Below are positions 51,825 through 64,000 of a DNA stretch of 64,000 nucleotides, piece after piece; position 1 is the first letter of the stretch; each line of letters begins with the position of its first letter. The DNA is from Octopus sinensis (lineage: Eukaryota). The translations under genes and the position numbers were made by a program. The stretch spans positions 38,688,001 to 38,752,000 of the forward strand of contig NC_043013.1 of assembly GCF_006345805.1 (NCBI RefSeq), given 5' to 3'. The notes beneath the pieces were generated by a model that worked only from the letters and a program-made list of their open reading frames with translations, made no database searches and had not been told where the DNA came from.

Positions 51825-52090
51825 CACACAGCCATGCCTACACCTATGTAAATCAACCCTGGAACGACAGGCTCTGGCACAGTTGGGGCAAACATGTAGG
51901 CCTTGGTCAAACGAGGGTTGTGACAATGATTCATTCCTTTTTTTTGCATTTCTCGTCTGCCACAGCTGCTCTGGCCTTCTCAAAGTTGCTTGCAGCATTC
52001 TGGATGCAGTCTTGCCACAAATCTCAACCATGTTAAAGATAAATGGCAAAGACAAACCCATGATGGTTAGACTCTCCAAAGTGCAGAGAG
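51825..52090 (-). mobile_element. RTE-clade LINE 3' remnant
   Basis: LWQDCIQNAASNFEKARAAVADEK and CPNCARACRSRVDLH match the RTE C-terminus (C..C.R.C.SR.GL.SH). Confidence 0.65.
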
Positions 52091-52183
52091 ACAAAAAAAA
52101 ACAAAAAACCCACAAGCTATTCTATCCAACATCCCAATAAACGCCACCTTCTGCCAATTTTCTACCTTCACGACAACAAAATA

Positions 52184-52214
<31 letters not shown>

Positions 52215-52245
52215 GTCTATTGTATATAACAAACAAGGGGCTTAC

Positions 52246-52359
52246 ATCAAGATCTTCCTCCACATTGATATCTGAGAGATTCTGGAAACAAATGGTGTAT
52301 AATTCTAAAGCTTTGCAGTGGAACGTCATCTCTGTTCGTACAAAATTCAATAAAACTTT
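52246..52359 (-). CDS. CIBAR1: FAM92/CIBAR-family internal exon (BAR helix)
   Basis: Acceptor cattttctttgtag, donor GAT|gtaagc; 38 codons KVLLNFVRTEMTFHCKALELYTICFQNLSDINVEEDLD, aligning without gaps to FAM92A TIFSEFITIEMLFHGKALEVYTAAYQNIQNIDEDEDLE (recalled). Confidence 0.92.
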
Positions 52360-53259
52360 CTACAAAGAAAATGAATACATACAAATATAAACACGAAATT
52401 AAAATAATTCCTTTTTTTTTCTCTCTATCTTTTTTTTTTTTGATTAATCTCATCTCATCTCATCTTTAAAGATGAAAGATATTCTCTCTGTTTACATCAA
52501 CGAGGTATTACTACAGAAACCCAACCAACAAAACATGATGCAATGAGCATTGAGGCAAAGGTACAGTACTGACAGAAATTGGGATCAGTGTGCATATGCG
52601 TGTGTGTATATTATATATTCATATATATATATACACACATATAGGTTAAAGTAGTGAGGAAAGGCAAACAATTAGTCAGGGCAGAACAAAGACATTTGAT
52701 TTTATTTAATTAAATCTTTAAAAATGGTAAAAATGGTACAAACTGGTACTGACTCAAAGGGAAACCACTATCACCCGTATTTTTTTTAACAAGGCAATCA
52801 GATAACCACAACTTCAACTACTGTTCTAACCGGAATTTTGGTGTTACACCTATCTCAGTACACAGGACGCATACCTATTAGTTTGTCATCCAGACGAAAG
52901 CTCCTCATATTCAATCTCCTTAATGTCATCCTGATGAAAATGCCTCTTATCCAAAGCTCCTCATATATATATATATATAAAATGTCCACCCTCATACGAC
53001 ATTGCACCTACATATTAGAGACTAACAGTCCATCCTCATCACTCAGCCTGTCACTCATGCTCCTCAATCTCCCATCTCATCTCATCTCAATTCCTCATGC
53101 TCAGAAACAACCAATGGCTCATCTACCACCATTTGTATCTGTCACAGCCCTCGCCTCTTTTTACTAGGCTCATGTATAAGAAACTGAATCAGATCATCCT
53201 CATCACTCTACCCAACTTCCATCATTATGTTTATATATATATATATATATATATAGTTA

Positions 53260-53600
53260 CCAGCGTCACCTTACTGGCACATGTGCCGGTGGTATGCGAA
53301 AAATCATTAGAGCGAGGTCGTTGCCAGTGCCGCCAGACTGGCTCCTGTGCAGGTGACACGTAAAAAACACCATTTGAGCATGGCCGTTGTCAGTACCGCC
53401 TGACTGGCCCTCGTGCCAGTAGCACGTAAAAGCACCCACCACACTCTCGAAGTGGTTGGCATTAGGAAGGGCGTCCAATTGTAGAAACTCTGCCAGATCA
53501 AGACTGCAGCCTGGTGCAGCCATCTCTTTCGCTAGTCCTAAATCCTCCAACCCATGCTAGCATAGAAAAAAGATGTTAAACGATGAGGATGATGATGATA
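53260..53600 (+). mobile_element. Retroposon 3' portion with (GAT)n tail
   Basis: gtggttggcattaggaagggc...aacccatgctagcat...gttaaacgatgaggatgatgatgat; related copies at 56950-57365 (+), 60780-60990 (-) and 61370-61660 (-). Confidence 0.7.
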
Positions 53601-54355
53601 TAAGAGTTTCCTTTGAACCATCTTCTCTGAATACACTCTATCTGCTAATTGCATTTTGTTTCATTGCAAATTTTTGGAAAATAGAGGTATTTAGACATTG
53701 TGTGGCGTATGAGGTGTTCACAAATGCAATACAGGAAAAAAAAATGTTTATGTAATTCAGTCAACTGTTAGAAATGTAGACATACACAAATGATGGTTGA
53801 TACTAGAAAGACAAGGCTGGTGATGAAAAATCTCCATAATACACTTGAAAGATAATGTACTTAAACACACATACACGTACGCACACAAATTTCACATCAC
53901 ACCTATCATCAGGCAATTTTCCATCAGATTACCACTTTGTCATGAAACTTGAGATGCAAGAATCAAATTCAGTTAACTAGCGACAGCTGATGACGGTGGA
54001 TTTTTCCTTGTGTAGCCTGTCCTGTACTTGTCGTAAAATTTTTGTTTTTCCCGTTTCTATGTCTTGTTGTGGCATCCTGTACTTACGTATATTTATTTAT
54101 ATATGCATGTATATATACATGTAGATGTAGGTACGCACATATGTTTGTATGTATGCATATATTTTTATTTATCACATTATTGTCTGACAGCGCCTCGCGT
54201 CAGGTTCGTTTCGATTTGTCGGTTCGTTCCACTTCTTGTCTCCATTCAATTTTTATATACATAACACTATGTATATGTTAAAATCTTCTTCATTCATTCA
54301 CTCACTTAACATTTGAACACACACACACACGACAGTGTTTTTCTTCTTTGCTTAC

Positions 54356-54460
54356 CTTCATATCGGTCAGCTTTTGCAACTCAAATGCATCCATTTCTTT
54401 CTCCAGGACTTTACTGCACCGGGTGGCCTCAACACTTGCTTTCGCATAGTCTGATTTGGC
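54356..54460 (-). CDS. CIBAR1: FAM92/CIBAR-family internal exon (BAR helix)
   Basis: Acceptor tcttctctccttcacttgtag, donor AAG|gtaagc; 35 codons AKSDYAKASVEATRCSKVLEKEMDAFELQKLTDMK, same length and register as FAM92A [35 protein letters not shown] (recalled). Confidence 0.9.
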
Positions 54461-54841
54461 CTACAAGTGAAGGAGAGAAGACACATGTTAACCAACATCA
54501 GACAACATCAGTTTAGTGGCTTTATTCAAAGTGCACAGGTAACGGGTTAGTAAGGGCACATGTCAAACTCTTTAGATTTTTTTTGTTACTGGTATTATTG
54601 TTAACACCCAGGTCAGTCCTATGCAATCATAATTATGGCCAAAAGTGATCCAATGTTGTTCATCATGTCCTTTTTTTTTTTCAGACACAATATCAAGGAC
54701 TACGTTATCCAATAAGTGCACCATAAGGTAACAGGGTGTGCTTTCAGGCAGATTAAGCTGCTAATTCTAGCAGTTCTAAGCACCCTTTTTTGCTTGGTTT
54801 CTTGTTTTAATATATCTCAAGATATATATAAATACATATTT

Positions 54842-54887
<46 letters not shown>

Positions 54888-54941
54888 CATGTGTGTGTGT
54901 GTGTGTGTATATACATGTGTGTGTGTGTGTGTGTATATACA

Positions 54942-54988
<47 letters not shown>

Positions 54989-54990
<2 letters not shown>

Positions 54991-55620
54991 GGTGCATACC
55001 AAAAGTTTTGAGACTTTTCCAGGCAAGACATTTGTTCATTTCAAAGTTGGACCCTCCGACTTCAAAAGATAACAATAAAATTACCTTCTCGAGTCATGCC
55101 GACCCATAAAGGTTAGTTTCCCAGTTTCATAGCATATAAATTCCTCCACCTGGACAGGAGGCGGATCCATCACAGGATTACACATTTTTGCCAGCCGAGT
55201 GGACGGGAGTAATGTGAAATGAAGTGTATTGCTCAAGAACATAATGCATCACCTGGTCCAAGAATTGAAAGCACAATCTTACAATCAGGAGTCCAACAGC
55301 CTAACCCCTAAGCCACATGCCTCCACCCCTATGACTTCAGTGCACCTCTTATAGTGCTCCAGCCACTTCCTGACAGCCCCATAGAAGTCCTCGAAAAGGA
55401 GGGTGTTCAGGAGCCTTTTTACAACCTTCATTTTCTTAACACCTTCAAAACAACTGTCCCCCAAGGTTCTTCTTCAGCTTGAGGAACATCCAAAATTCAC
55501 GGGGAGCAAGGTTTAGACTGTAGGGAGGATGAGAGAGTTTTGATGCTCATCTCTGTCAAGTAGTTGGTTACCGGGACGGAATTGGGACAACCAGTGTTTA
55601 GTAGGGTGAGTTCAAAGTGC
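54989..55620 (-). mobile_element. mariner transposon remnant interrupted by a family A SINE (~55180-55330)
   Basis: Minus frame PPYSLNLAPREFWMFLKLKKNLGG (degenerate YSPDLAP.D) at ~55460-55528; TIR-like ggtgcataccaaaagttttgagact next to TA. Confidence 0.65.
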
Positions 55621-55839
55621 TGTAACAGCTGTCAGCTTCAATCAAGAATAAAAACATTAGCAGGTCACCTAATTAGGTGTATAGTAAGTAATGCTATACT
55701 AAAATTACAATAATCCAGGAAAGGTACAACTGCTCCTCTTAAAACACTCTCAAAAATGTCTGAAATGCACTTTGTATATCTATCTATCTGTCTGTCTATC
55801 TATCTATCTTTATTTACTTACATATATATATATATATAT

Positions 55840-56030
55840 GATGGGATGCTGTAAAGTTCCTGGCTTTAAGGGTGCCATGAGAGGCCTAGCTGGAGGCCCA
55901 ACCTCCTGAGTTCTTTTACAGGGCTTAGAAAAGCTGAAGGACCAGGGAATATGTTGAACAAAATCCTAATTAACTGATCCTCCTGTATTTTCTTTTACCC
56001 AAAGCCAGGAACTTTTCAGTACAACCACTC
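55840..56030. mobile_element. mariner-derived MITE
   Basis: gatgggatgctgtaaagttcctggcttt / aaagccaggaacttttcagtacaaccactc inverted ends. Confidence 0.7.
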
Positions 56031-56059
56031 ATGTGTGTGTGTGTATGCATACATCTCAT

Positions 56060-56110
<51 letters not shown>

Positions 56111-58086
56111 TATATGTTAGAAACTGAAGCTTCTATAAAAGTAAGTTTAAATTTCACATTTCTGATTGTTCAAAAGATTCAAAAGAACCATCTGAATAAT
56201 GGAATAACCAGATGCATGAACCCTAGAGCTATGATTAAAAAAGCACTTCAGAATCTAATATAAAAAACTAAAAATACACACTGAGTACTTTTTTCTCTGT
56301 TTGTAAAGGTAAACATTCCTTAATTTAATCTTTATCCATGTGTATCCTTCTGGATATGACCATATCCATGTGTGTTCATATGTATATACACATATAAGAA
56401 AATACATACATAAGAGGATGGCTATGTGTGTGTGCATGTCTATTCTATACATATCTATTGGCTATGTGCAATGTATGCATGGTGTATGTGTGTGCTGCAT
56501 GTTACTAAATATTAGTATATTTCTTTTCTAGTCACATGATCACAGTAGCAGTAATACATAATAGTAACTATAGCAAAAGTGTAAAGTTCAAAGCAGTTTA
56601 AGTAGCATATGTGGTGAATGTTGGCAGAAACAAAAGTAGACGGTACACAGGCATGTGAGTTCGTTAGTAAACCGGACATGACAGTAACGAAGGAAGAGTT
56701 TATCTCCAAGCAGTGTACCTAGAGTAAGTCATCTTAATTAATTATGTGGTAAACCCATTTACCCCGTATCAAACATATAACACACACAGAGATAAATCTC
56801 TTATGTACCCTTATAGTGCCTGGAAAAAAAAAAGATGCACATACACCAAAATTCCACCAAAATTCCATGCTAATGCACGTTCTGAACACTAGCTTAATAA
56901 TGACTAAATTATTTACCTAAATCTTTGTTATTTTTAAAATTCAATGCCGCGTAAAAGGTGCCGATGCCAGCACCATGTTAAAAAGCACTCATGCCGGTGC
57001 CATAGAAAGAGCACTCAAGCCAGCACCACATAAAATCACCCAGTACACTCTGTAAAGTGGTTGGCATTAGGAAGGGCATCCAGCCATAGACAACATACCA
57101 AAACAGAAGATTAAGACCTGGTGCAGCCCTCCAACACCATGTTAAAAATCACCCATGCCGATGTCACGCAAAGAGCACTCAAGCCAGCACCACATAAAAA
57201 TCACCCAGTACACTCTGTAAAGTGGTTGGCATTAGGAAGAGCATCCAGCCATAGACAACATGCCAAAACAGAAGACTGAAGCTTGGTGCAGCCCTCCAGC
57301 TCTGCCAGCTCCTGTCAAAACATCCAAACCCATGCCAGCATAGGAAATGGACAATGATGTCAATGATAAAACAAAGGCACTGCATTTGAAACGAAAAATG
57401 GTAATGAAACTGTTAAAGTCGCTCTCAGCACCATGGCCCACTTGTACAACTTTACTTCTGCCACTGAAATATTTGAACCATATCATCTTTATGCTATGTG
57501 CTTTTTTTTTTTATGTTGTTTGTTTCTCTCCAATTTTGTCTATGAATAAATGACAAGCAACCCAAGTAGAAGTAAGTCGCCAGGACATTACTGTCTGGGA
57601 GCCCAAGAATTCATAGGACCATTTACCCAGTTTTCATATATAAGTGACCGGGGTCACAAAATTCACCTGAACAGGAAACCAGGCCATCACACAGTTACAT
57701 ATTTAAGGTTGAATGGAGTGGAGCAACATGAAATGAAGTAGCTTTTTTTGCTCAAGAAAATAATGCCCCACCCAGTCTGAGAATTGAAACTATGGTCTTG
57801 CAATTGTGAGTGCAACACACAAACCACTGGACCATGTACACTCAACAAGCAACTCAAGACACAACACCATAACCTAACACACACACATACAGTTATAGAT
57901 ATCCATGCACATACTCATGCATGTTCACAGGTGTGAGGACATATATATATATTGATAAAAACGGTAAGATAACAAAAGAAAGAAAGAGACCTCGATATTA
58001 TGTAAATAGAGGAATTTATCTGTAAATGTAATATGTGACAATTTATCATGGCTATCGAATAATTGTCACATATTCCATTTACAGAT

Positions 58087-58117
<31 letters not shown>

Positions 58118-59809
58118 TATGATTGTTTCACTCCTGGCAACAATTTCTGTCTCTCCAAAACAACATTGCACATGCCTCTGCCAGATTTTGACTCTGGACG
58201 TCTGAAATATTTTGAACCGTAATATAACATTTAATATTTTATCACCAAGACAGCAAAGCTGCACATTGTCCCTGTTGATGCTACTTCGTCCCATGTCAGC
58301 CTCGATTCAACAGACATACATTCAAAAGCACTCCAGTCAAAACAAGCCCACATTTGTTTTTGAAGGAATAACTAGGAGAAAAATCATCTAAAACATCTGT
58401 CCATTTCTTAAGATAACAGGATGTGATCTGAGAGAGATCTAGCTACTGTTTCTCACAGACCAGGCAGCAGCATAGAGGTGCCCTCATTGTTTTTAGTGAA
58501 GATTGTTTGTTGTTTGTGAGTTGTATTATTGTTGTTTCTCACACTGCACATAGGAGGTTTGTTGAAAGATGGATGAATGTGGCAAGGGTTGTTCAAGTGA
58601 GCAGATCCTGGTCTGAACTTGTGCCTGCAAGCTAGAAAAAAAAGAATGGGAGGGAGGCACCTCCAATGGTATCCTTGGTAGTCAGGGTGATCTAGGATCA
58701 GTGGAGTGGGATCCCTTGGTTGCCCTAGAGCAGAGGTTCCCAAACTTTTTCAGACTGCTGCTCCCTTTGGCACACAGGCCACAATCCTGGTGCCCCACCA
58801 CCACCACCAAAAGCATAAATCACTTTCTCCCACAAATTCAAAACAATAGAATTTCACAAATAAAACTCTACCCAATTAACCTATTATTTTGAATTTTTTA
58901 CATCCATCACCCCCTTTTGACTACTTCATCATTGCCCCCACTTTTCTGCAATGTGCCTTGGATCTTTTCCACTGCCCCCAAGGGTACAGTACCATCCACT
59001 TTTTACCCTCCTTATAGCATCTTACAACTCTTATGACTGCCACGTTGTCGCCTCTGCACTCCAACTGTTTTTGTAAGTATAAAAATCTCTTTTTTCTAAA
59101 TAATTTTTCTGTTTACTTTTCAAACTTTTATGTTCTTTTTTCCTTCATAGCACTCTTTTACAATTCCCTTCTTGATGTTTCCATTGATTATATATTTGCA
59201 GCTTTCCACTCATCTGACCAAACAATTGTCATTTTCCAATTCCACGCATATTTATTTGTATTATTGTTTCGTGAATGAATTTGCTTATGCCCTCTATTAT
59301 CTGTCCTATGTCTTGATTTCATTTTCCATCTGAGAAAAGTTAGGCATTGTAACAGGTATTGGGAATATCTTCACTCCCAGGTATTAGCAGATACCTCAGC
59401 TAGTATATATATACTTTATTAATAAAGTATATTACTCTACCTCTGGTATTTGAGTACTATTTTTTTCCACCTTGTTTCATATTTATCTGCTTACTCTGGT
59501 ATATATATATTATTAAGCAAGCATAGACATAGGGGCTAGTTAATTTAGATTTTTACACAGAGTACTACTTTAAAATGCATGCATGCATGCATGTGGGTAT
59601 GTGTGCATGCGCATGTGCACGTGTGCATGCACAAATGGTTAGAGTACATTATATTAATTAAAAGTTTTGTTTTAAAAATCAAAGAAATATATATGCTGCT
59701 TATGAAGCATACACCAAAAAGAAAAAGAAAAGAAAAGAAAATAGAAAAGAGAGCAAGGAAACACTTGAAAGAATTAATAGGCAATGATACTTACTGTGAT
59801 TATTTCATA

Positions 59810-59826
59810 AAATAATAATAATAATG

Positions 59827-59884
<58 letters not shown>

Positions 59885-59907
59885 TAATAATAATAATAAT
59901 AATAATG

Positions 59908-59938
<31 letters not shown>

Positions 59939-59968
59939 TAATAATAATAATAGTAATAATAATAATAA
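59810..59968. repeat. (TAA/TGA)n microsatellite
   Basis: Direct inspection. Confidence 0.97.
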
Positions 59969-61816
59969 CAACTGCTGAGCTGAAAGGGAAACAAACCCTC
60001 AGAAGCTACGTCCACAAAAGAAAATATTTACAAACCAATGCAATCCTACATCAGAATCATTTTTACAAAACAACAACAAACCACAGCCCAATGATGAAGT
60101 TAAAGCAATAAAAAAAAAAAAAAGCACATCGCTGATAAATAAAAAGAAATGGCAATTATTGTTACAACGAGATATAACATGTTATGACAGCATGTTATGA
60201 TATTAGTTATGCGTTAAGACTGATGTCAGTACAAGTGTTGTATCATATTAGCAAAGCAGCATGTATTTATGACATAAGAGAGTATGATGAGATATTTTAT
60301 GATAGGCTTTCATTATAATGAGCTTATCAGACACTGGAATTATGATGACATTCTGGTTAGATGAGATATACAATAATATGGCATTAAATGTTGTGAGGTC
60401 CTATAATTATGACACTGATACAGAGAGACACAAGCATGTTGTGTCAGAGACAGATACAGTATGCACAATATTAATATGATGGGGATGTTACAAATTAAGA
60501 GAACATTCTGGTGACATAACAAGAGTTATGATATTGTGGTGAGATACCTCTAGTTATGACATTAATACAATGAGATGTAGTAATGTTATGATATTAGTAT
60601 GATGAAGTGCTACATGTTATGAAATCACTGTAGTGATATAGTATAGTTGTTACATGAATACAAGTAAGACAAAACAAGTTATGATACAAGGCAAAGATGT
60701 TATTGTTAAAATGAAGATCATCCTTCCGAGTTAAAAATCTAGAACACTATTTCTAACTTAGTTCATTAAACATACTTGTTATCATCATCATTATTTAACA
60801 TCGACTTTTCATGCTGGCATAGGTAGAAAACGGTCTGGCACAGAGCCGGCAGCATGGTTGCATCAAGCTCCAATGTCATCTTTGGCATGGTTTCTATGGC
60901 TGTATACCCTTCCAAATGCCAACCACCTTACAATGGGCACTGGGTGCTTCTTTATTTTTTCATGCCACCAACACTAGTGAAGTTGCCATGTCATTTACAA
61001 GACAGAAAAGAACAGAGGAAGAGAAGAAGGAAAGAGATTAAAAAGTTCCCACTACAAAGAAGAAATATTTGGGAGAGACGTGGCTTTAGAGGGAAGTGGC
61101 TTTAATGAAAATTATCTTTTATCGTCTATCTTTTACTTCTTTTAGTCATTTGACTGTGGCCATACTGGAGCACTGCCTTGAAGAATTTAAATCAAACAAA
61201 TAAATCAACTCCAGTCCGTTTTTTTTCTCTTAAGCCTGGTACTTATTCTATCGACCGCTTTTACTGAACCACTAAGTTACAGGAATGTAAACACACCAAC
61301 ACCAGTTGTCAAGCAGTGGTAAGAGGACAAACACAGACCCAAAGACACACACATACATATATCATCATCATCATTATCATTATCACTCTATGCCTGTTTT
61401 CCATGCTAGCATGGGTTGGACAGTCTGACTGAAAACTGGTAAGCTAGGGAACTGCACCAAGTTCCAGTCTAATTTGTCATGGTTTCTACAGCTGGGATGC
61501 CCTTCCCAATACCAACTACCCCAAGAGTGTAGTGGGTGCTTTTTACATGCCGCCAGCAAGGGTGCCAGTTATGAAACACCAGTATCAGCCATGATTGCAA
61601 AATCACTTGGCTTGACAGGTCTTCTCAAGCACAATGTATTGACAAAGGTCTCGGTCACTGCTTCTGTGAGGCCCAAAGTTCAAAGGGTACTCTTTATATA
61701 TAAATATATATCAATAATAACAAAGGGTAAAATTAATTAATTAAGAAGTAATCAATAATTTCCCAAGTAGAATTCGGTATGAAAAAAGGACCATTTCACG
61801 GTAAACTTAAGTAATA

Positions 61817-61941
61817 CTTATTAATAAGGGTTCAGCAAAGATTTGCTTTACCACATACCGAAGTTTAGAAATAGCAGCCAAAAATCTTAGCTATTTCTTC
61901 TACTTTAAAAAGGGACTCTTTGCTGAACCCTTATTAATAAG
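61817..61941. mobile_element. TA-flanked MITE with perfect 25-bp TIRs
   Basis: TA|cttattaataagggttcagcaaaga ... tctttgctgaacccttattaataag|TA. Confidence 0.85.
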
Positions 61942-61943
<2 letters not shown>

Positions 61944-61973
<30 letters not shown>

Positions 61974-62934
61974 TGTATATATTCATGATGGGCTTCTTTC
62001 AGTTTCTGTCTACCAAATCCACTCACAAGGCTTTGGTAGGCCTGAGGTTATGACACAAGACACTTACCCCGGGTGCCACGCAGTGGGACTGAATCCAGAA
62101 CCATGTGGTTGGGAACAAGCTTCTTACCACAACAGCAGCAGCATGTTTAGCCCTTTTGTTATTAACCAGCCAAAACTGTCTCTGGCTCTGTAGTAAAATG
62201 TCTTGTTTTCCTAAGTTTTGAATTAAAATATCTCACCAAGCCTTAGTCACAATTTACATTCCTAACACTAGCTTAATGATAACTAAGTTATTTTACTAAA
62301 TTCTTTGTTATATTTAAAATAATTGAAAGAAACACAGAACATCTCAAAATAAATACAGAAACGAAAGGGTTAAGTCAAAGCACAGATTTTTAAAAAATCT
62401 TAAATCACATTTTAAATAATTTGCCAGATACCTATATATATATATATTATATATATATACACACACACACACACATGTATATATTCATGATGGGCTTCTT
62501 TCAGTTTCTGTCTACCAAATCCACTCACAAGGCTTTGGTAGGCCTGAGGTTATGACACAAGACACTTACCCCAGGTGCCACGCAGTGGGACTGAATCCAG
62601 AACCATGTGGTTGGGAAACAAGCTTCTTACCACACAGCAGCAGCATGTTTAGCCCTTTTGTTATTAACCCAGCCAAAACTGTCTCTGGCTCTGTAGTAAA
62701 ATGTCTTGTTTTCCTAAGTTTTGAATTAAAATATCTCACCAAGCCTTAGTCACAATTTACATTCCTAACACTAGCTTAATGATAACTAAGTTATTTTACT
62801 AAATTCTTTGTTATATTTAAAATAATTGAAAGAAACACAGAACATCTCAAAATAAATACAGAAACGAAAGGGTTAAGTCAAGAGCACAGATTTTTAAAAA
62901 ATCTTAAATCACATTTTAAATAATTTGCCAGATA

Positions 62935-62940
<6 letters not shown>
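61944..62940. repeat. ~502-bp tandem duplication (SINE B head plus piggyBac-type MITE)
   Basis: attcatgatgggcttc at 61981 and 62483; each unit has a ccctt..aaaggg|TTAA MITE (62151-62369, 62653-62872). Confidence 0.92.
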
Positions 62941-62975
<35 letters not shown>

Positions 62976-64000
62976 TGTGATGTTCTGCTTGAGAACCACT
63001 AATGTAGGAAAATAATGTGTTATGATGTCCCTGTCGGAAGACAAACTGTGATACAAGCATAAGGAAACAAGGAAAATTATATCAATGTTATATTAATACA
63101 TCCATGTAATATCCTATCACATGGATAACCAGAGATACAAGAGAAATGAGATATTACGAGAACAATAAAACATTAGACCTTATGATATTATCAGGGACCT
63201 GAGATAACACAGGCTATGATATCAGTGCAAGGGGTTGGCTAGTAATAGAATATAACGGTGTAGTGAGATATACTATGAGAATATTCTGAAAATGTAATGA
63301 AGTATATTAGAAATGCTATTACCATAGTGATACAATGTTTAGACAGATATGTTACCAGAGAAGTGAAATACTAAGTGATATATTATCACTGTTTTATATT
63401 ACTACATTAATCCCAATCAAGTCACTTGCTAGGAAAATGCAACTTTGGGATAGTTATTATATCAGCCAGCATAGTAAGGTAGCATAAGGTAATTATGTTT
63501 ATATAAGATGAGTTATATAAAGGTAGTGACAAAACGTGAGTTATGATCCAGACAAATAAGATAATAAGAGCTGTGCTAGTAAATTGAGATAGCATGAGTC
63601 ACATCAAAGTAGTGATGTAACAGGAATTATATTAAACAGAATAACAGGCTAAAATAAATTAATAACTGTGTAGTTAAATGGTGGACCAGAGGCAAAGGAA
63701 ATACTGTGGTTATACTGAAGTTGTAAAATTACATAAGTTATACTAGTAAGTTAAACTAGTAGGTGATATATGAGAGTAATGAAATGAGTCACTATATCAG
63801 GACTATAATGTTGGAGCCAGGGTCAAAAGCAATTACTGGGTAACCGAATTGAATGTAGTAAGAAAATGGGTACTTTCCTATTATCAACAGTTAATATTTT
63901 TTTTATTTAGTAAAGGATTAGTAAATAAACAACTACTAAGTCATTACCCATTACTATGCTGCTGGTAAAAATATTTGTTAATCATGCACATGCTTCAAAG

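Noticed and set aside
59409-59432. 24-bp perfect palindrome atatactttattaataaagtatat
   Set aside because: Almost entirely A/T in TA-rich context; no independent support for function.
59786-59800. TCACA|gtaagt as a possible FAM92 micro-exon
   Set aside because: No upstream AG acceptor, and the phase does not fit.

Overview
AT-rich, microsatellite-saturated eukaryotic DNA, almost certainly animal. The SINE families and (TA)n/(TATC)n load suggest an octopus; this is inference from repeat style, not a database match. One host gene is recognisable: four phase-0 minus-strand coding exons (54356-54460, 52246-52359, 50986-51129, 49841-50008) encode the C-terminal ~176 aa of a FAM92/CIBAR BAR-domain protein ending in a poly-Asp tail. 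Its 5' exons were not found in the window, and its gene body coincides with a visibly CpG-depleted zone (>~47.5 kb). The rest is transposon-derived. It includes a young Tx1-like (L1-group) LINE in three copies, each abutting (TATC)n/(TA)n tracts (one near-complete ORF2 at 25369-28811), and a Tc1 DD34E element with ~220-bp IR-DR ends. There are also remnants of Penelope-like, CRE-like, R4/Dong-like, RTE and mariner elements, a non-autonomous Helitron, several MITEs, and >25 tRNA-derived SINE copies of at least three families. The most notable observations: (i) one SINE family shares its last ~50 nt and its junction preference with the Tx1 LINE (candidate LINE-SINE partnership targeting TATC/TATA); (ii) several minimal type-I hammerhead-ribozyme motifs lie in Penelope-type repeats, including a CCGACGA-core variant and an inverted pair; (iii) a fold-back 5' junction and a SINE dimer inside a single TSD. 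There is no CRISPR array, rRNA or true tRNA gene, and a 100-N gap lies at 41566-41665.
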